Assembly: GCA_044356325.1 (NCBI GenBank)
Contig: JBIKWJ010000002.1
Span: 24,602 to 88,601 of the forward strand
Length of the DNA stretch: 64,000 nt
Reading direction: 5' to 3'
Origin: Minisyncoccia bacterium
Lineage (GTDB): Bacteria > Patescibacteriota > Minisyncoccia > SW-4-49-11
Shown here one piece after another: positions 49,817 through 60,035 of the stretch (positions are counted from its first letter, which is position 1; each line of letters begins with the position of its first letter). The position numbers and the translations under genes were made by a program. A model generated the notes under the pieces. It was not told the origin of the DNA, searched no databases, and saw only the letters and a list, made by a program, of their open reading frames with translations.

Positions 49817-50245
49817 TTATACTCTTCTTGGCTTACGGGCACGGGTTCCATTATGAGGAACTGGAGTCAAATCTTTAATAGACAAGATATTTAGTCCAGC
49901 TGCTGCAAGACCTCGAATAGAAGCTTCTCGTCCTGGACCAACACCCTTAATAATAACTTTAATATCCTCAAGTCCAGTTTTCTTTACTTTTTCTACTACC
50001 GTTTTTGCAACAAGAGTAGCCGCATATGGAGTTGCTTTTTTAGCACCTTTGAATCCAAGGGCTCCAGAGGAAGACCATGCAAGAGTATTTCCTGAAAGAT
50101 CAGCTAAAGAAACCATAGTATTATTATATGTAGAAATAATATACCCAATTCCTCGAGATACTTTTTTCTTAGATGAAGTTTCCTTTACCCCGACTTTTAG
50201 TCCAGATGCTGTATCTCCCTTCTGTGCAACGCGCTTCTTTCCCAT
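49817..50245 (-). CDS. rpsK: 30S ribosomal protein S11
   Basis: STYNNT, KKATPYAA, TPVPHNG. Confidence 0.98.
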   Translation of the reverse strand: MGKKRVAQKGDTASGLKVGVKETSSKKKVSRGIGYIISTYNNTMVSLADLSGNTLAWSSSGALGFKGAKKATPYAATLVAKTVVEKVKKTGLEDIKVIIKGVGPGREASIRGLAAAGLNILSIKDLTPVPHNGTRARKPRRV

Positions 50246-50262
50246 AAATACTTATTTAATGA

Positions 50263-50646
50263 TTATGTCTTCTCTACTTTTCGTCGTCCACTACCCATAG
50301 TACGAACAACATTTCCACGAATAGTTCGAGAGTTAGTTTTGGTTCGCCCCTTAATTGGAAGCTTTTTGGCATGCCGACTTCCTCGATATGATCCAATATC
50401 CTTAAGTCTCTTGATATTAGTAGCGACTTCTCTTCGAAGATCTCCTTCAATTTTATAATTTTTTTCAATACACTCTTTTAGTAAAGCAACTTCTTTTTCA
50501 TTTAATTCCTTAGCTTTTTTATAAGGATCAATACCGGTTATAGCTAAAACTTTTTGTGAACGAGTTAACCCAACACCATATATATAGGTGAGCGCAATTT
50601 CAACATTTTTATACTCTGGGATGACAACTCCTGCAATTCTAACCAT
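50263..50646 (-). CDS. rpsM: 30S ribosomal protein S13
   Basis: RIAGV, ALTYIYGVG, IEGDLRRE, RTKTNSRT. Confidence 0.98.
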   Translation of the reverse strand: MVRIAGVVIPEYKNVEIALTYIYGVGLTRSQKVLAITGIDPYKKAKELNEKEVALLKECIEKNYKIEGDLRREVATNIKRLKDIGSYRGSRHAKKLPIKGRTKTNSRTIRGNVVRTMGSGRRKVEKT

Positions 50647-50664
50647 AATTTACTCTATCTTATA

Positions 50665-50781
50665 TTATCCTTGACGTTGCTTATGTCGTGGATTTGCTTC
50701 ACAAATAACACGAATCACTCGCTTTCGCTTAATGACTTTACATTTGATACATCGTTTTTTAACTGAAGCCTGAACTTTCAT
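50665..50781 (-). CDS. rpmJ: 50S ribosomal protein L36 (not in the ORF track)
   Basis: Translates to [38 protein letters not shown]. Confidence 0.97.
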   Translation of the reverse strand: MKVQASVKKRCIKCKVIKRKRVIRVICEANPRHKQRQG

Positions 50782-50789
50782 ATAATATC

Positions 50790-51023
50790 CTAATTCCTTC
50801 TAGTAATTCTTCCTTGCGCGAGATTATAAGCACTCAGTTCTACGGTAACCTTATCTCCCGGCAATACTTTGATATAATGCATACGCATTTTTCCCGAAAG
50901 ATGGGCTAATATCTCTGAATTGTTTTCCAGTATAACACGAAAGGTTGTATTTGGCAATACCTCACTGACAACTCCTTCTTGTATAAGAAGGTTTTTTTCG
51001 TTCAAATCCTGGCTTTCGGGCAT
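50790..51023 (-). CDS. infA: Translation initiation factor IF-1
   Basis: [23 protein letters not shown]. Confidence 0.98.
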   Translation of the reverse strand: MPESQDLNEKNLLIQEGVVSEVLPNTTFRVILENNSEILAHLSGKMRMHYIKVLPGDKVTVELSAYNLAQGRITRRN

Positions 51024-51059
51024 AGGGTGTAATAACTCTATATCAATAATCTATTCACT

Positions 51060-51088
51060 AGTATATGACAATTTTCTTATCTTGTCAA
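51060..51088 (-). promoter_or_regulatory. Sigma70 promoter of the infA operon
   Basis: TTGACA-17-TATACT. Confidence 0.75.
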
Positions 51089-51596
51089 TATTATATTATA
51101 AATATCAAAAATTATCTTGGTATTGCGCTAATTTAATCAATTACCAATAGTTTTAAAGGCAAACTCTATCAAAAATATTCTTATATAATTTAAGTATGGA
51201 TAATTACTATAAAAACAAAATACTCTTCCTTCACCTTCTTGACTCTGTTAGTGCAAAGGGGGGTAAGAGTATTTTATTTTGCTCTATTTCTGACAACCTC
51301 GTGGTATATATAGAGTTTGCCAGAAAATAGATATTCTTTTCTAATCTTTGGCTAACGCCTTTTTATTTTTGCCAAAGGTGCTATTGTGTTTGGGACTTTG
51401 TTTTTATATTACTTAAACGATTATTAGTTTGGGTTTTTGTTTATGATTGTAAAGATTAGAGCAAGAATTCAATCACAAGTATATATATAACTAAGGACTA
51501 ATATGTACCAATACTTGTGATTGTATGATTACTCTATACCTCACTCTTGTATTCTATCAGTTTAATTATATACACACTAGAGGACTTATCCACAAT

Positions 51597-52784
51597 TTAT
51601 TTAATTTGGTCCAAAAGATATTTCATTGAAGTCTGTGATGAGGCTATTACAATGTAATTTTCTAAACTTGACACATCAGCTGAATCGGTTGGAGAAGTAT
51701 AATTATAATAATAATTATTATAAACTTTTCCTGCAGAATTAGTTATAGTTGTTGTTTTGATTTCTGGGTTATTTACAATTCGTGAAGGAGAATTGAGTGA
51801 AAATGAAGACAAATCACGAGGTATTGCAGTAGACCAATTATCCACAAGAGTCTTTGCTGTTTGACCTGTCTTCAGTTGAATTGTTGCCGTTAATTTATAT
51901 ATACCTTCTTGATTATAACCATATAGCCAATATTCTATAGCATTGTCAGTAATAGTTTTAGGAATAGTTAGCCCAAAAGCTGTAGAAATATCAGTCAATG
52001 AAACTTTTTTCCCATCTTTGGTTAAATTTAACTCTATAAATGGAGCTTTTTGCGTATTCAGACTTGTAGCAATGGTTTTACGTATTGGTTCAGTATCATT
52101 AAAAGCTATATCACTTTTTGTAATACCCGTAAATAATGGTTTAGTGACAACTGTTGGGTTTGGAGCTGTTGTAGGAGTATTGGGTTTTGGCTTATCATTG
52201 GTCTGGGTAGGCTTTGCTGGAGTTGAACGAGTAGTATAAAAGTACACACCGATTCCAATCAGGCCCAACAATACTATCGCCACCGATCCCGTTATAATAG
52301 TTTTACGAGATAATTTTAGAGGAGGTTTTTTAGAATTAGTATTATCACTTCCTCCGAACACATCTGCCGGATTAGTACCTGGCTGAAATTTTGCCTTAAA
52401 TTCAGGAATATTTCCAAGAGGAGGTGTTGAGTTTGAAGATTTTGATGAGTTATTTTTTGGACTAACATTTTGAACGAGTGACAAATTAATCGACTCATCC
52501 AAAGCTGAAACATTTAACTTTACTCCAGATTCATTCTGTTCATTATTAGGATTAATTGATTCTGGAATATCTTGCTTTATTTCATTAAGATCTAGGGAAG
52601 ATAAACTTGGTTTAACTGAAGGTGAGACTGGAGGAGTGGTGACAGGGGGCTCAGAGGTAGGTCGTGCTTGTACAAAATTACCAGCTTGCTGTAATCTATC
52701 TTGTGGATTGGTATTATTCAAATCTAAGTCTGTTTTTAGAGTTCTTAATGTTCCTGGAATTGTATTTTGATTTTGATCGGGCAT
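51597..52784 (-). CDS. Single-pass membrane protein with a Pro/Ser/Asn-rich N-terminus
   Basis: LRTLKTDL N-terminal motif, central TM, Thr-rich extracellular region. Confidence 0.7.
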   Translation of the reverse strand: MPDQNQNTIPGTLRTLKTDLDLNNTNPQDRLQQAGNFVQARPTSEPPVTTPPVSPSVKPSLSSLDLNEIKQDIPESINPNNEQNESGVKLNVSALDESINLSLVQNVSPKNNSSKSSNSTPPLGNIPEFKAKFQPGTNPADVFGGSDNTNSKKPPLKLSRKTIITGSVAIVLLGLIGIGVYFYTTRSTPAKPTQTNDKPKPNTPTTAPNPTVVTKPLFTGITKSDIAFNDTEPIRKTIATSLNTQKAPFIELNLTKDGKKVSLTDISTAFGLTIPKTITDNAIEYWLYGYNQEGIYKLTATIQLKTGQTAKTLVDNWSTAIPRDLSSFSLNSPSRIVNNPEIKTTTITNSAGKVYNNYYYNYTSPTDSADVSSLENYIVIASSQTSMKYLLDQIK

Positions 52785-52805
52785 AATTGTATATTTATCA
52801 GTTTA

Positions 52806-54866
52806 TTATTCAGTATAGGGAATAAGACTTATTTTTCCTTCAGCATCTACTTTTTTGATTTTTACTCGTATACTCTGATGTAATTCTAACACATCTTCCA
52901 CATTATTAACATGTTCTTTAGATAATTCTGAAATGTGGATAAGTCCATCTATTCCTGGCTTTATCGATACAAAGGCTCCAAATGGCATAATTTTTACTAC
53001 CCTTCCCTCAAATATTTCTCCTTCTTGTGGCTCATATACCAAATCCTTTATCCACTCTTTAGCTCGAATCACCTGAGTTGCATCTTGACCAGTAATAAAT
53101 ACTTGCCCATCATCTTCTATATCAATTTTTACTCCCGTCTCATCAATAATACCATTAATAATTTTACCTCCGGTCCCAATAACTTCTCCAATTTTCTTGG
53201 GGTTAATTGCAAAGGTTTCAATTTTAGGAGCATATTCTGAAACTTGATTACGAGCTTCTGCAATCACACTCTTTAGCGTGTCAAGAATGGTAAGCCTAGC
53301 TATTTTAGCTTTTTCCAAAGCCTCTTTTATCATAGCAATAGACATACCCTGCCCCTTAATATCCATTTGTATTGCATTAACTCCATTATGCGTTCCTGCG
53401 ACTTTAAAGTCCATTTCTCCAAAATGATCTTCTGGCCCCTGTATATCTGTTAAAATCTTATATTTACCATTTTGCTCTACAATACCCATAGCAATTCCAG
53501 CTACAGGAGCTATTATAGGAACACCTGCTGCCAAAAGAACTAAGGTTGAAGAACATACACTTGCCATAGAAGATGATCCATTAGACCCTAATACTTCAGT
53601 GACAATACGAATAGTATATGGAAAATCAGCTACAGAGGGCAATACTCCTTCCAGAGCCTTCTCAGCCAAAGCTCCATGACCTATTTCACGGCGACCGGGT
53701 CCACGAAGCTGCCTCACCTCTCCCACAGAAAAAGGGGGGAAATTATAATGATGCATAAATCGCTTTTTGATTTCATCTTTCATCTCATCAATAATTTGAG
53801 CCTCCCCTGGAGAACCCAAAGTCAAAATAGATAATGTTTGTGTAGTTCCACGATTGAATAGCCCTGACCCATGCACTCGAGGTAATATATCAATTTCTCC
53901 ACTTAATTCTCTGAGCTGATCTATAGATCTTCCATCGGGACGTTTTTCTTGTTCAATAATATTCTGCTTAAATATAGCATCTAATTCTTTATCCAAAGTA
54001 TGCTCTACCAAATCTCTATGATCAGGATAAGCCTGATTGAGTTCAGTTAGCAATATATGATGAGCTTGTTTGGTAGAAGGAGTATCCCCATACAAAGCAG
54101 AGTCTAATTTCCCTTGCACAAGAGACTTAATCCCCTCTATAATCTCATTATTCGATTCCGAGACAGAAACCTCTCTTTTGGACTTACCAATCTCAGCAAT
54201 AATAGTATTCTGGAAATCTATTATTTTTTTAATTTCTGGAGTCACTACTTCAAAAGCTTTTAGTATAGTCTCTTCAGGAATTTGCTTCCCTCCAAACTCC
54301 ATCATCACCAATCTCTCATCAGCATTAAGCGTAATAATAGTATCAAAGTCTCCTTCTTCCCTTTCATCAAATGAAGGGTTAACAATTATCTCTCCATTTT
54401 GCTGCCCTACTCTCAAGCCCGCAACAGGACCATTCCACGGAATATCTGATATAGACAAAGCCAGAGACGCTCCAAATAAAGCAACTGCATCAGGATCATT
54501 TCTTTCATCCAAAGATAATGTTGTTACAATAACTTGTATCTCATTACGAATTGATTGATCAAAAAAAGGTCTTATAGCCCGGTCCACAAGACGCCCAGTC
54601 AATATAGACTCATCGCTCGGTCTTCCCTCACGCTTTACAAAACGACTTCCCTTGATTTTACCATTAGCATAAAACTTTTCCTGATAATCAACAAAAAGGG
54701 GTAAATAATTAGAACTTACTGGTTTAGCCGACATTACAACAGTTACTAATACCGTTGTCTCTCCTAGAGAAACCAAAACAGAACCATCGGCTTGATTCGC
54801 TAATTTACCCGTTTCTACTTTTAGTATTTGTCCAGCTATTTGCGTTTGATATGTTTTGAAACTCAT
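52806..54866 (-). CDS. pnp: Polyribonucleotide nucleotidyltransferase
   Basis: RREIGHG, SNGSSSMAS, MDFKVAG, KH and S1 domains. Confidence 0.98.
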   Translation of the reverse strand: MSFKTYQTQIAGQILKVETGKLANQADGSVLVSLGETTVLVTVVMSAKPVSSNYLPLFVDYQEKFYANGKIKGSRFVKREGRPSDESILTGRLVDRAIRPFFDQSIRNEIQVIVTTLSLDERNDPDAVALFGASLALSISDIPWNGPVAGLRVGQQNGEIIVNPSFDEREEGDFDTIITLNADERLVMMEFGGKQIPEETILKAFEVVTPEIKKIIDFQNTIIAEIGKSKREVSVSESNNEIIEGIKSLVQGKLDSALYGDTPSTKQAHHILLTELNQAYPDHRDLVEHTLDKELDAIFKQNIIEQEKRPDGRSIDQLRELSGEIDILPRVHGSGLFNRGTTQTLSILTLGSPGEAQIIDEMKDEIKKRFMHHYNFPPFSVGEVRQLRGPGRREIGHGALAEKALEGVLPSVADFPYTIRIVTEVLGSNGSSSMASVCSSTLVLLAAGVPIIAPVAGIAMGIVEQNGKYKILTDIQGPEDHFGEMDFKVAGTHNGVNAIQMDIKGQGMSIAMIKEALEKAKIARLTILDTLKSVIAEARNQVSEYAPKIETFAINPKKIGEVIGTGGKIINGIIDETGVKIDIEDDGQVFITGQDATQVIRAKEWIKDLVYEPQEGEIFEGRVVKIMPFGAFVSIKPGIDGLIHISELSKEHVNNVEDVLELHQSIRVKIKKVDAEGKISLIPYTE

Positions 54867-54881
54867 ATATATAGGGTGAGC

Positions 54882-55148
54882 TTATGCTCGAAGCCCAAGT
54901 TCTTTGACAATTATCTCAAAGGCCTTGAGGTCGGTTTTTTTTAGATAAGATAATAGTTTCTTTCTTTGAGAAACAAGATGAATAAGTCCTCTTCGAGAGT
55001 GAAAATCTTTTCGATTTACTTTTAAATGCTCAGTTAGATATAAAATTCTCTCTGTGATTAAAGCAATTTGTACAGAAGTAGAACCATTATCAGTTTTATG
55101 ACTTTGGAATTTTTCAATAATCTGCTCTTTTGAGGCTGCATTTAACAT
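54882..55148 (-). CDS. rpsO: 30S ribosomal protein S15
   Basis: DNGSTSVQIALIT, DFHSRRGL. Confidence 0.97.
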   Translation of the reverse strand: MLNAASKEQIIEKFQSHKTDNGSTSVQIALITERILYLTEHLKVNRKDFHSRRGLIHLVSQRKKLLSYLKKTDLKAFEIIVKELGLRA

Positions 55149-55265
55149 AATTAACACCTATTAAACTTAGTAATTACCTTTATAATAGCATAGTTTTAGT
55201 CTTATTGCAAGAGTTGGGGTAGTGTAGTTATATATTATTATATTATGTGGGGGAGCCAGAAAAAT

Positions 55266-55373
55266 TGTCCTCCTTTCTACCTACGGCAGATAGATGGAGG
55301 AGGTGGCACAGAGTGCCGGAGGTGGATTTTTCTCTAGTTGATTTTAGCTAGGCGACTGAAAAGTCACCCCTAC
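55266..55373. repeat. REP cluster
   Basis: TGTCCTCCTTT[CTACCTACGGCAGATAGAT]GGAGGAGGTGGCACAGAGTGCCGGAGGTGGAT plus an inverted GTAG REP. Confidence 0.85.
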
Positions 55374-55396
55374 GAGACTTATAAGACATATAAACT

Positions 55397-55420
55397 AAAA
55401 ACTCCCCGAAGGGAGTTTTT
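55397..55420. terminator. Intrinsic terminator
   Basis: AAAAACTCCC-CGAA-GGGAGTTTTT. Confidence 0.75.
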
Positions 55421-55436
55421 AGTGCTGTGATCTATA

Positions 55437-55979
55437 TTATTTAGACCACTTAGACTTGCTGGCATTCCATGCTCCAATACCTCCACGAGAGATTTTGAAA
55501 GCCATGGCCTCAACATTGGTCTTAGCGTCAAACGGGGTTACCCATTCATGACCCATTTGTCTTAAAGTTCCAGCCCAAGTTCCTCGAATAAACTGTCCAC
55601 AACCAGAAGCTGTAGAGTTTTTATTCTTAGCAAGAGCATTTCCACCAGACTCAGCTTTGATAATTCGAGTCATAAGATCAGCATCAACACCATATTTTTG
55701 GGACATCTCAGGCACATAGTCGAAACATGAACCCTGAGCAGGAATATTTTGTAATTCTGCTTCAACAGAAGCAAAATAAGATTTTTGGGTCTGTACAGTA
55801 ACTTGTTTTACAGCCAACCCTACGGGTTTTGGAGTAATAACTGTTTCAGTTGAATTAACTCCATGTAAAACAGAGATTTGAGACTCGGTATACGAGTTAT
55901 CAATGACAGCTTGTTGATCAGCAGGAACAACTCCTGTAGCACCAACAATTAAGGCCATTGTAATATATAATGTATCCAT
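55437..55979 (-). CDS. Secreted lytic transglycosylase (SLT-like) domain protein
   Basis: IIKAESGGN, ASGCGQF...TW, PFDAKTN, AWNAS; N-terminal signal; start uncertain (55979 or 55991). Confidence 0.8.
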   Translation of the reverse strand: MDTLYITMALIVGATGVVPADQQAVIDNSYTESQISVLHGVNSTETVITPKPVGLAVKQVTVQTQKSYFASVEAELQNIPAQGSCFDYVPEMSQKYGVDADLMTRIIKAESGGNALAKNKNSTASGCGQFIRGTWAGTLRQMGHEWVTPFDAKTNVEAMAFKISRGGIGAWNASKSKWSK

Positions 55980-56124
55980 CAAATAGGACAACCAATAATC
56001 ACTCCCAAGACTCTAATCATAAACAGGGTAAACATAGATAAATCTAGTCTTATCCTTGAGAGATGAACAAGAGTATAGCATATAATTGACAAAAAGTCAA
56101 TACTTATAGTAGAATAGTACCATT

Positions 56125-56208
56125 GCCGAGGTGGTGGAATTGGTAGACACGCATGCCTTAGGAGCATGTGCTTATAGCGTGGGGGTTCAAGTCCTCTCCT
56201 CGGCACCA
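56125..56208 (+). tRNA. tRNA-Leu(TAG)
   Basis: Canonical cloverleaf with long variable arm, loop CTTAGGA, encoded CCA; TTGACA-18-TAGAAT upstream. Confidence 0.96.
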
Positions 56209-56285
56209 GAGAAAAGAAGAGATTTTATTCCTTCTCTTTTTATTTTATAGATAAGAAAAAACCCCAGTAATACTGGGGTTAGAGA

Positions 56286-56783
56286 TTAGGTAAAGATTAT
56301 TTCTGATGCGATTGCTATTTCCCAGACTACCAAAACAATAAAATAAATGCATATAACTGAAAATATAACTTTCAATATATTCTGAAATACATCTGGGAAA
56401 TCTTTCCATGTATCTGCATCAAACAACCACACAACAATAGTTAGGGCTTTTAAAGTATTATTTATCAACATTACTGATAACAGTGGATCTATAAAATCGA
56501 GAAAAAGATACCCATTGTCTATATTATCTTTTTCAAGCACTATAATACTAGTAACTGTTATTTCCCAAACTATAAAGATTAAAAAATATAAAATTGTACC
56601 CAATATTGTGGATTTTCTTTTTTCATCCAAAACAGACCACTTATCTTGATTGAAAATTGATATTGATAAGATAAATGCTAAAAAAACTATATCCGTCACC
56701 AGCATCACAGATAGAAATGGATCGATAGCCTGAATAAAGATGTCGGGATTGTTCATGGGATGTACAATGTGCGCAGAAAACAT
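56286..56783 (-). CDS. Membrane protein made of two internal repeats
   Basis: IDPFLSVML...IVWEI and IDPLLSVML...VVWEI; terminator at 56257-56280. Confidence 0.65.
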   Translation of the reverse strand: MFSAHIVHPMNNPDIFIQAIDPFLSVMLVTDIVFLAFILSISIFNQDKWSVLDEKRKSTILGTILYFLIFIVWEITVTSIIVLEKDNIDNGYLFLDFIDPLLSVMLINNTLKALTIVVWLFDADTWKDFPDVFQNILKVIFSVICIYFIVLVVWEIAIASEIIFT

Positions 56784-56825
56784 ATAAAAAATATCACATT
56801 CAATTATTATTGTCTAGTTTTTGTC

Positions 56826-56982
56826 TTAGGGGCGACCTTTCAGTCGACTAGACACACCCACCAGAGAAAAGTCCACCCTCCGGCATTCCGTACCCCCCCT
56901 CCTAAACAAAGCATGGGAGGGACTTAAAGCCCTCAATTTATCTGCCCACCTACGGTAGGTAAACCGTAGGGAGAGAGGGGAA
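56826..56982. repeat. Degenerate nested REP cluster
   Basis: GGGGCGACCTTTCAGTCG; TCCACCCTCCGGCA..; CTCCTAAACAAAGCATGGGAGGGACTTAAAGC resembles 7989-8019. Confidence 0.75.
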
Positions 56983-57058
56983 CTTTAGAACACTTCCACT
57001 TCTTGCTTTTTTATCAAAATTTCTTTATACTAAATATAATATTGGAGAAAATACTGAC

Positions 57059-57787
57059 ATGAGTACAAAAAAATTAATTCAGGTAGATAGTGTTACCAAA
57101 TATTTTAATCTTCAGAGTAAAAATACTAGCCGCTCTGGCGGGCAAATGGATGGATTTCAATCATTCAAAAATACTATTAATCCTGTGCTCAAGGATATAA
57201 CTCTTGATATTAATCAAGGAGAATGGATTGGTATTATTGGAAAAAATGGGAGTGGAAAAAGTACTTTTCTTAAACTTTTGGCTGGAGTACATAGTCCTGA
57301 CAAAGGAAATATCAATATAGAAGGCTCAGTACTGCCTTTTTTTGGACCTGATGAAATGCTACATCCTGAAGGAAGAGCTGAGGATGCCGTTCTTGTGAAA
57401 GCCCTTCAAGTTGGACTTCCTCGTGAAGATGCAGCTAAAATCTATACAAATATAGTTAATTTTTCTGAGCTTCATGATTATACTTCTCAAAAAATTAAAT
57501 TTCTCTCTACTGGGATGAAAACCCGTTTAATTCTTGGCCTTATTTTGAATATTAATGCAGATATTTATCTTTTTGATGAAATTCCAGCTACTACTGATGC
57601 TAATTTTCAAGTAAAAGTGAATAATAGACTACAAAGACTCAAGAAAATGGGTAAAACAGCTATTATTGTTAGCCATAATATGGACGAAATTCGCCAACAT
57701 TGCAACAAATGTATACTATTACACAAAGGAGAACTAATCGCCTATGATGATACGACAACTATTTTGAAATTATATAATCAAATGTAA
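57059..57787 (+). CDS. ABC transporter ATP-binding protein, Wzt/TagH-like
   Basis: GKNGSGKST, LSTGMKTRL, YLFDE, VSH. Confidence 0.85.
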   Translation: MSTKKLIQVDSVTKYFNLQSKNTSRSGGQMDGFQSFKNTINPVLKDITLDINQGEWIGIIGKNGSGKSTFLKLLAGVHSPDKGNINIEGSVLPFFGPDEMLHPEGRAEDAVLVKALQVGLPREDAAKIYTNIVNFSELHDYTSQKIKFLSTGMKTRLILGLILNINADIYLFDEIPATTDANFQVKVNNRLQRLKKMGKTAIIVSHNMDEIRQHCNKCILLHKGELIAYDDTTTILKLYNQM

Positions 57788-57794
57788 TCAGGAT

Positions 57795-58247
57795 TTAATC
57801 CTGTAATAATTTGTCGATTTCGTGACGGAATCCTTTAATAGTACGAAAATCTCGATAAATAGATGCAAATCTAATATAAGCAACTTCATCAAACATTTTG
57901 AGATGCTTTAAAACGGTATCTCCAATTTGCTTAGTTGAAATTTCTTTGGGATCTTTTTTGAATAAATCTACTTCAATTTTAAGGATAAAGTCTCTAATTT
58001 TATCTTGAGTAAAAGGTCTTTTATGTAGCGAAATTGAAACTGCTTTTAGGAGTTTTTCGGTACTATATCGCTCTTTTATCTCTGATTTTTTGACTACCAT
58101 TACATCGAGTACTTCTCTTGTCTCAGCAGTAGTAAACCGATAATTACATTGTTCACAAATTCGACGGCGCCTGACAATGAGAGAATCTCGAGATATACGA
58201 GAATCTACAATACGAGTATCTATATGTGAGCAGTGGGGACATTTCAT
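57795..58247 (-). CDS. nrdR: Transcriptional repressor NrdR
   Basis: MKCPHC, RRRRICEQC.RFTT, DEVAYIRFASIYR. Confidence 0.97.
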   Translation of the reverse strand: MKCPHCSHIDTRIVDSRISRDSLIVRRRRICEQCNYRFTTAETREVLDVMVVKKSEIKERYSTEKLLKAVSISLHKRPFTQDKIRDFILKIEVDLFKKDPKEISTKQIGDTVLKHLKMFDEVAYIRFASIYRDFRTIKGFRHEIDKLLQD

Positions 58248-58765
58248 TTTTTCTTGGAGCTAGATTTTTTGATAGCAGGCTTGAGGAATGGGAGAAATAA
58301 TAGTGGAGATATAGTCCAGAATACCTGAAATGAATCTTTACTAAATAATGATTTTTCTATCGTATTAAGAATAGATTTATCTTGAGTTTTGATCACGCTC
58401 AATATATTGACAAGCAAAAGTCCCGCTACTGACACTCCAAATAATAAATTAAGTCCAAGATTTTTCTTTGATATGGAGAGTCCGCTGCCCAAAGCTGATA
58501 TTTGCAAAGCCCAATTAACAATAAGAGAAAAAAGTATGAATAATACGGCATCCCCAGGTAAATTCCCTATTTTAGGAATATCCCAAGGAAATACAGATAC
58601 TACCACTTGTCCGATATACAGGGCGAGAGCTAGAATAAAAATATCTTTCACCCCTTTTTGATAAATATAAATGGAAAGTCCAATTATAAGCACTATACTA
58701 ATCACAAAGTCCCCGGACAATGAGCTGGGTGTTACCTTACCAAATAACGGTTCAAATGCATCCAT
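58244..58765 (-). CDS. Membrane protein
   Basis: Five hydrophobic segments; coupled to nrdR. Confidence 0.7.
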   Translation of the reverse strand: MDAFEPLFGKVTPSSLSGDFVISIVLIIGLSIYIYQKGVKDIFILALALYIGQVVVSVFPWDIPKIGNLPGDAVLFILFSLIVNWALQISALGSGLSISKKNLGLNLLFGVSVAGLLLVNILSVIKTQDKSILNTIEKSLFSKDSFQVFWTISPLLFLPFLKPAIKKSSSKKK

Positions 58766-58797
58766 ATTTTTATATACTTAAAGTTTATTTAAGTATA

Positions 58798-59895
58798 TCA
58801 TATTCCTTCAGATTGCAAATCTTTTAGCAATTGTTGTGCTCGGCGAGATAAATGTTTGGGGGTAATAATTCTCACCGTTACAAACATATCTCCTCTACCT
58901 CGGCTTTGTAAATGAGGCATACCCTTTTCTTTAATACGGAATATTTCCCCCGATTGCGTAGATTTAGGAATTTTTAAATTCAATTCTCCTGCTAAAGTAT
59001 TAATATCCACATCTCCACCTAATGCCGCTGTGGTATACACTATATCTTGTGTATAATAAATATCATTTCCACGTCTTTCGAATTGCTTATGTTTTTTTAC
59101 TCTGATATGAATATAAATATTTCCAGCTCTACCACCAGCTGATGCTTCTCCTGCTCCTCGCATTTCTAGGGTTTGCCCATCAGATATTCCTTCTGGTACT
59201 GCGATTTCAATAGATTTACGCCGTCTCTTGACACCCTTTCCCTGACAACTCTTACAAATGGATTCTGGAATTTCTCCTCTTCCCTGACACGTATTACAGG
59301 TTTCTCTTTGGGCAAAATTTCCAAGCATAGTCCTCACCTGCCTCTCAACAAAGCCTTGTCCGCGACACTCAGTACATTGTTTCATTTTTTTATTCTGTGC
59401 TCCTGTTCCATCACAAGAATCACAAGCTATATTCAAATCTAATTCGACTGGTTTAGATATACCACTATATGCCTCTTCTAGGGTTATTTCTACCTCTAAT
59501 TGTATATCTCGACCTCTGGCTTGACCCTGAGAGCGACCTCGTCCATTTCCCCCAAATACATCTGAAAAGGCATCTTCAAAACCTCCCCCAAAAGAAAATC
59601 CAGATTGCCCAAATAAATCTTCAAAGGAAAACCCTTGAGCATTTCCATATCCCGAAAAACCTCCACCAGCATCTCCTCCAGCTTGCTGATAATTGGAACC
59701 AAATTGATTATATTGTTGACGCTTTTGAGGGTCACTAAGAGTCTGATAAGCCTCATTTACCTCTTTAAACTTAGTCTCATCTCCACCTTTTTTATCTGGA
59801 TGATAGGTATGAGCAAGTTTACGATAGGCTTTTTTTATCTCAGCATCATTAGCATCCTTGGATACCCCCAAAATGTCATAATAATCTTTTGCCAT
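58798..59895 (-). CDS. dnaJ: Chaperone DnaJ
   Basis: MAKDYYDILGV start, HPD, G/F region, four CxxCxGxG repeats. Confidence 0.97.
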   Translation of the reverse strand: MAKDYYDILGVSKDANDAEIKKAYRKLAHTYHPDKKGGDETKFKEVNEAYQTLSDPQKRQQYNQFGSNYQQAGGDAGGGFSGYGNAQGFSFEDLFGQSGFSFGGGFEDAFSDVFGGNGRGRSQGQARGRDIQLEVEITLEEAYSGISKPVELDLNIACDSCDGTGAQNKKMKQCTECRGQGFVERQVRTMLGNFAQRETCNTCQGRGEIPESICKSCQGKGVKRRRKSIEIAVPEGISDGQTLEMRGAGEASAGGRAGNIYIHIRVKKHKQFERRGNDIYYTQDIVYTTAALGGDVDINTLAGELNLKIPKSTQSGEIFRIKEKGMPHLQSRGRGDMFVTVRIITPKHLSRRAQQLLKDLQSEGI

Positions 59896-60035
59896 TACCT
59901 TTATTCTAATTAATAACTCTTGTATTATAGTATATCGTATTAGCAGTAATCTGTGAAGAGTGCTATTTTGGTTTTTTAGGTAAGAAAAAACCCGAGCCGC
60001 GAAACGGTCCGGGGGGGAAGGAAAAAAAGGTTTAT

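Noticed and set aside
51586-52942. Replication origin (TTATCCACA boxes at 51586, 51838 and inverted at 52934)
   Set aside because: Two of three boxes lie inside genes, they are not clustered, dnaA is absent and gene-strand bias does not switch
56125-57000. Integrated element at tRNA-Leu
   Set aside because: No integrase, phage genes or duplicated tRNA 3' end were found
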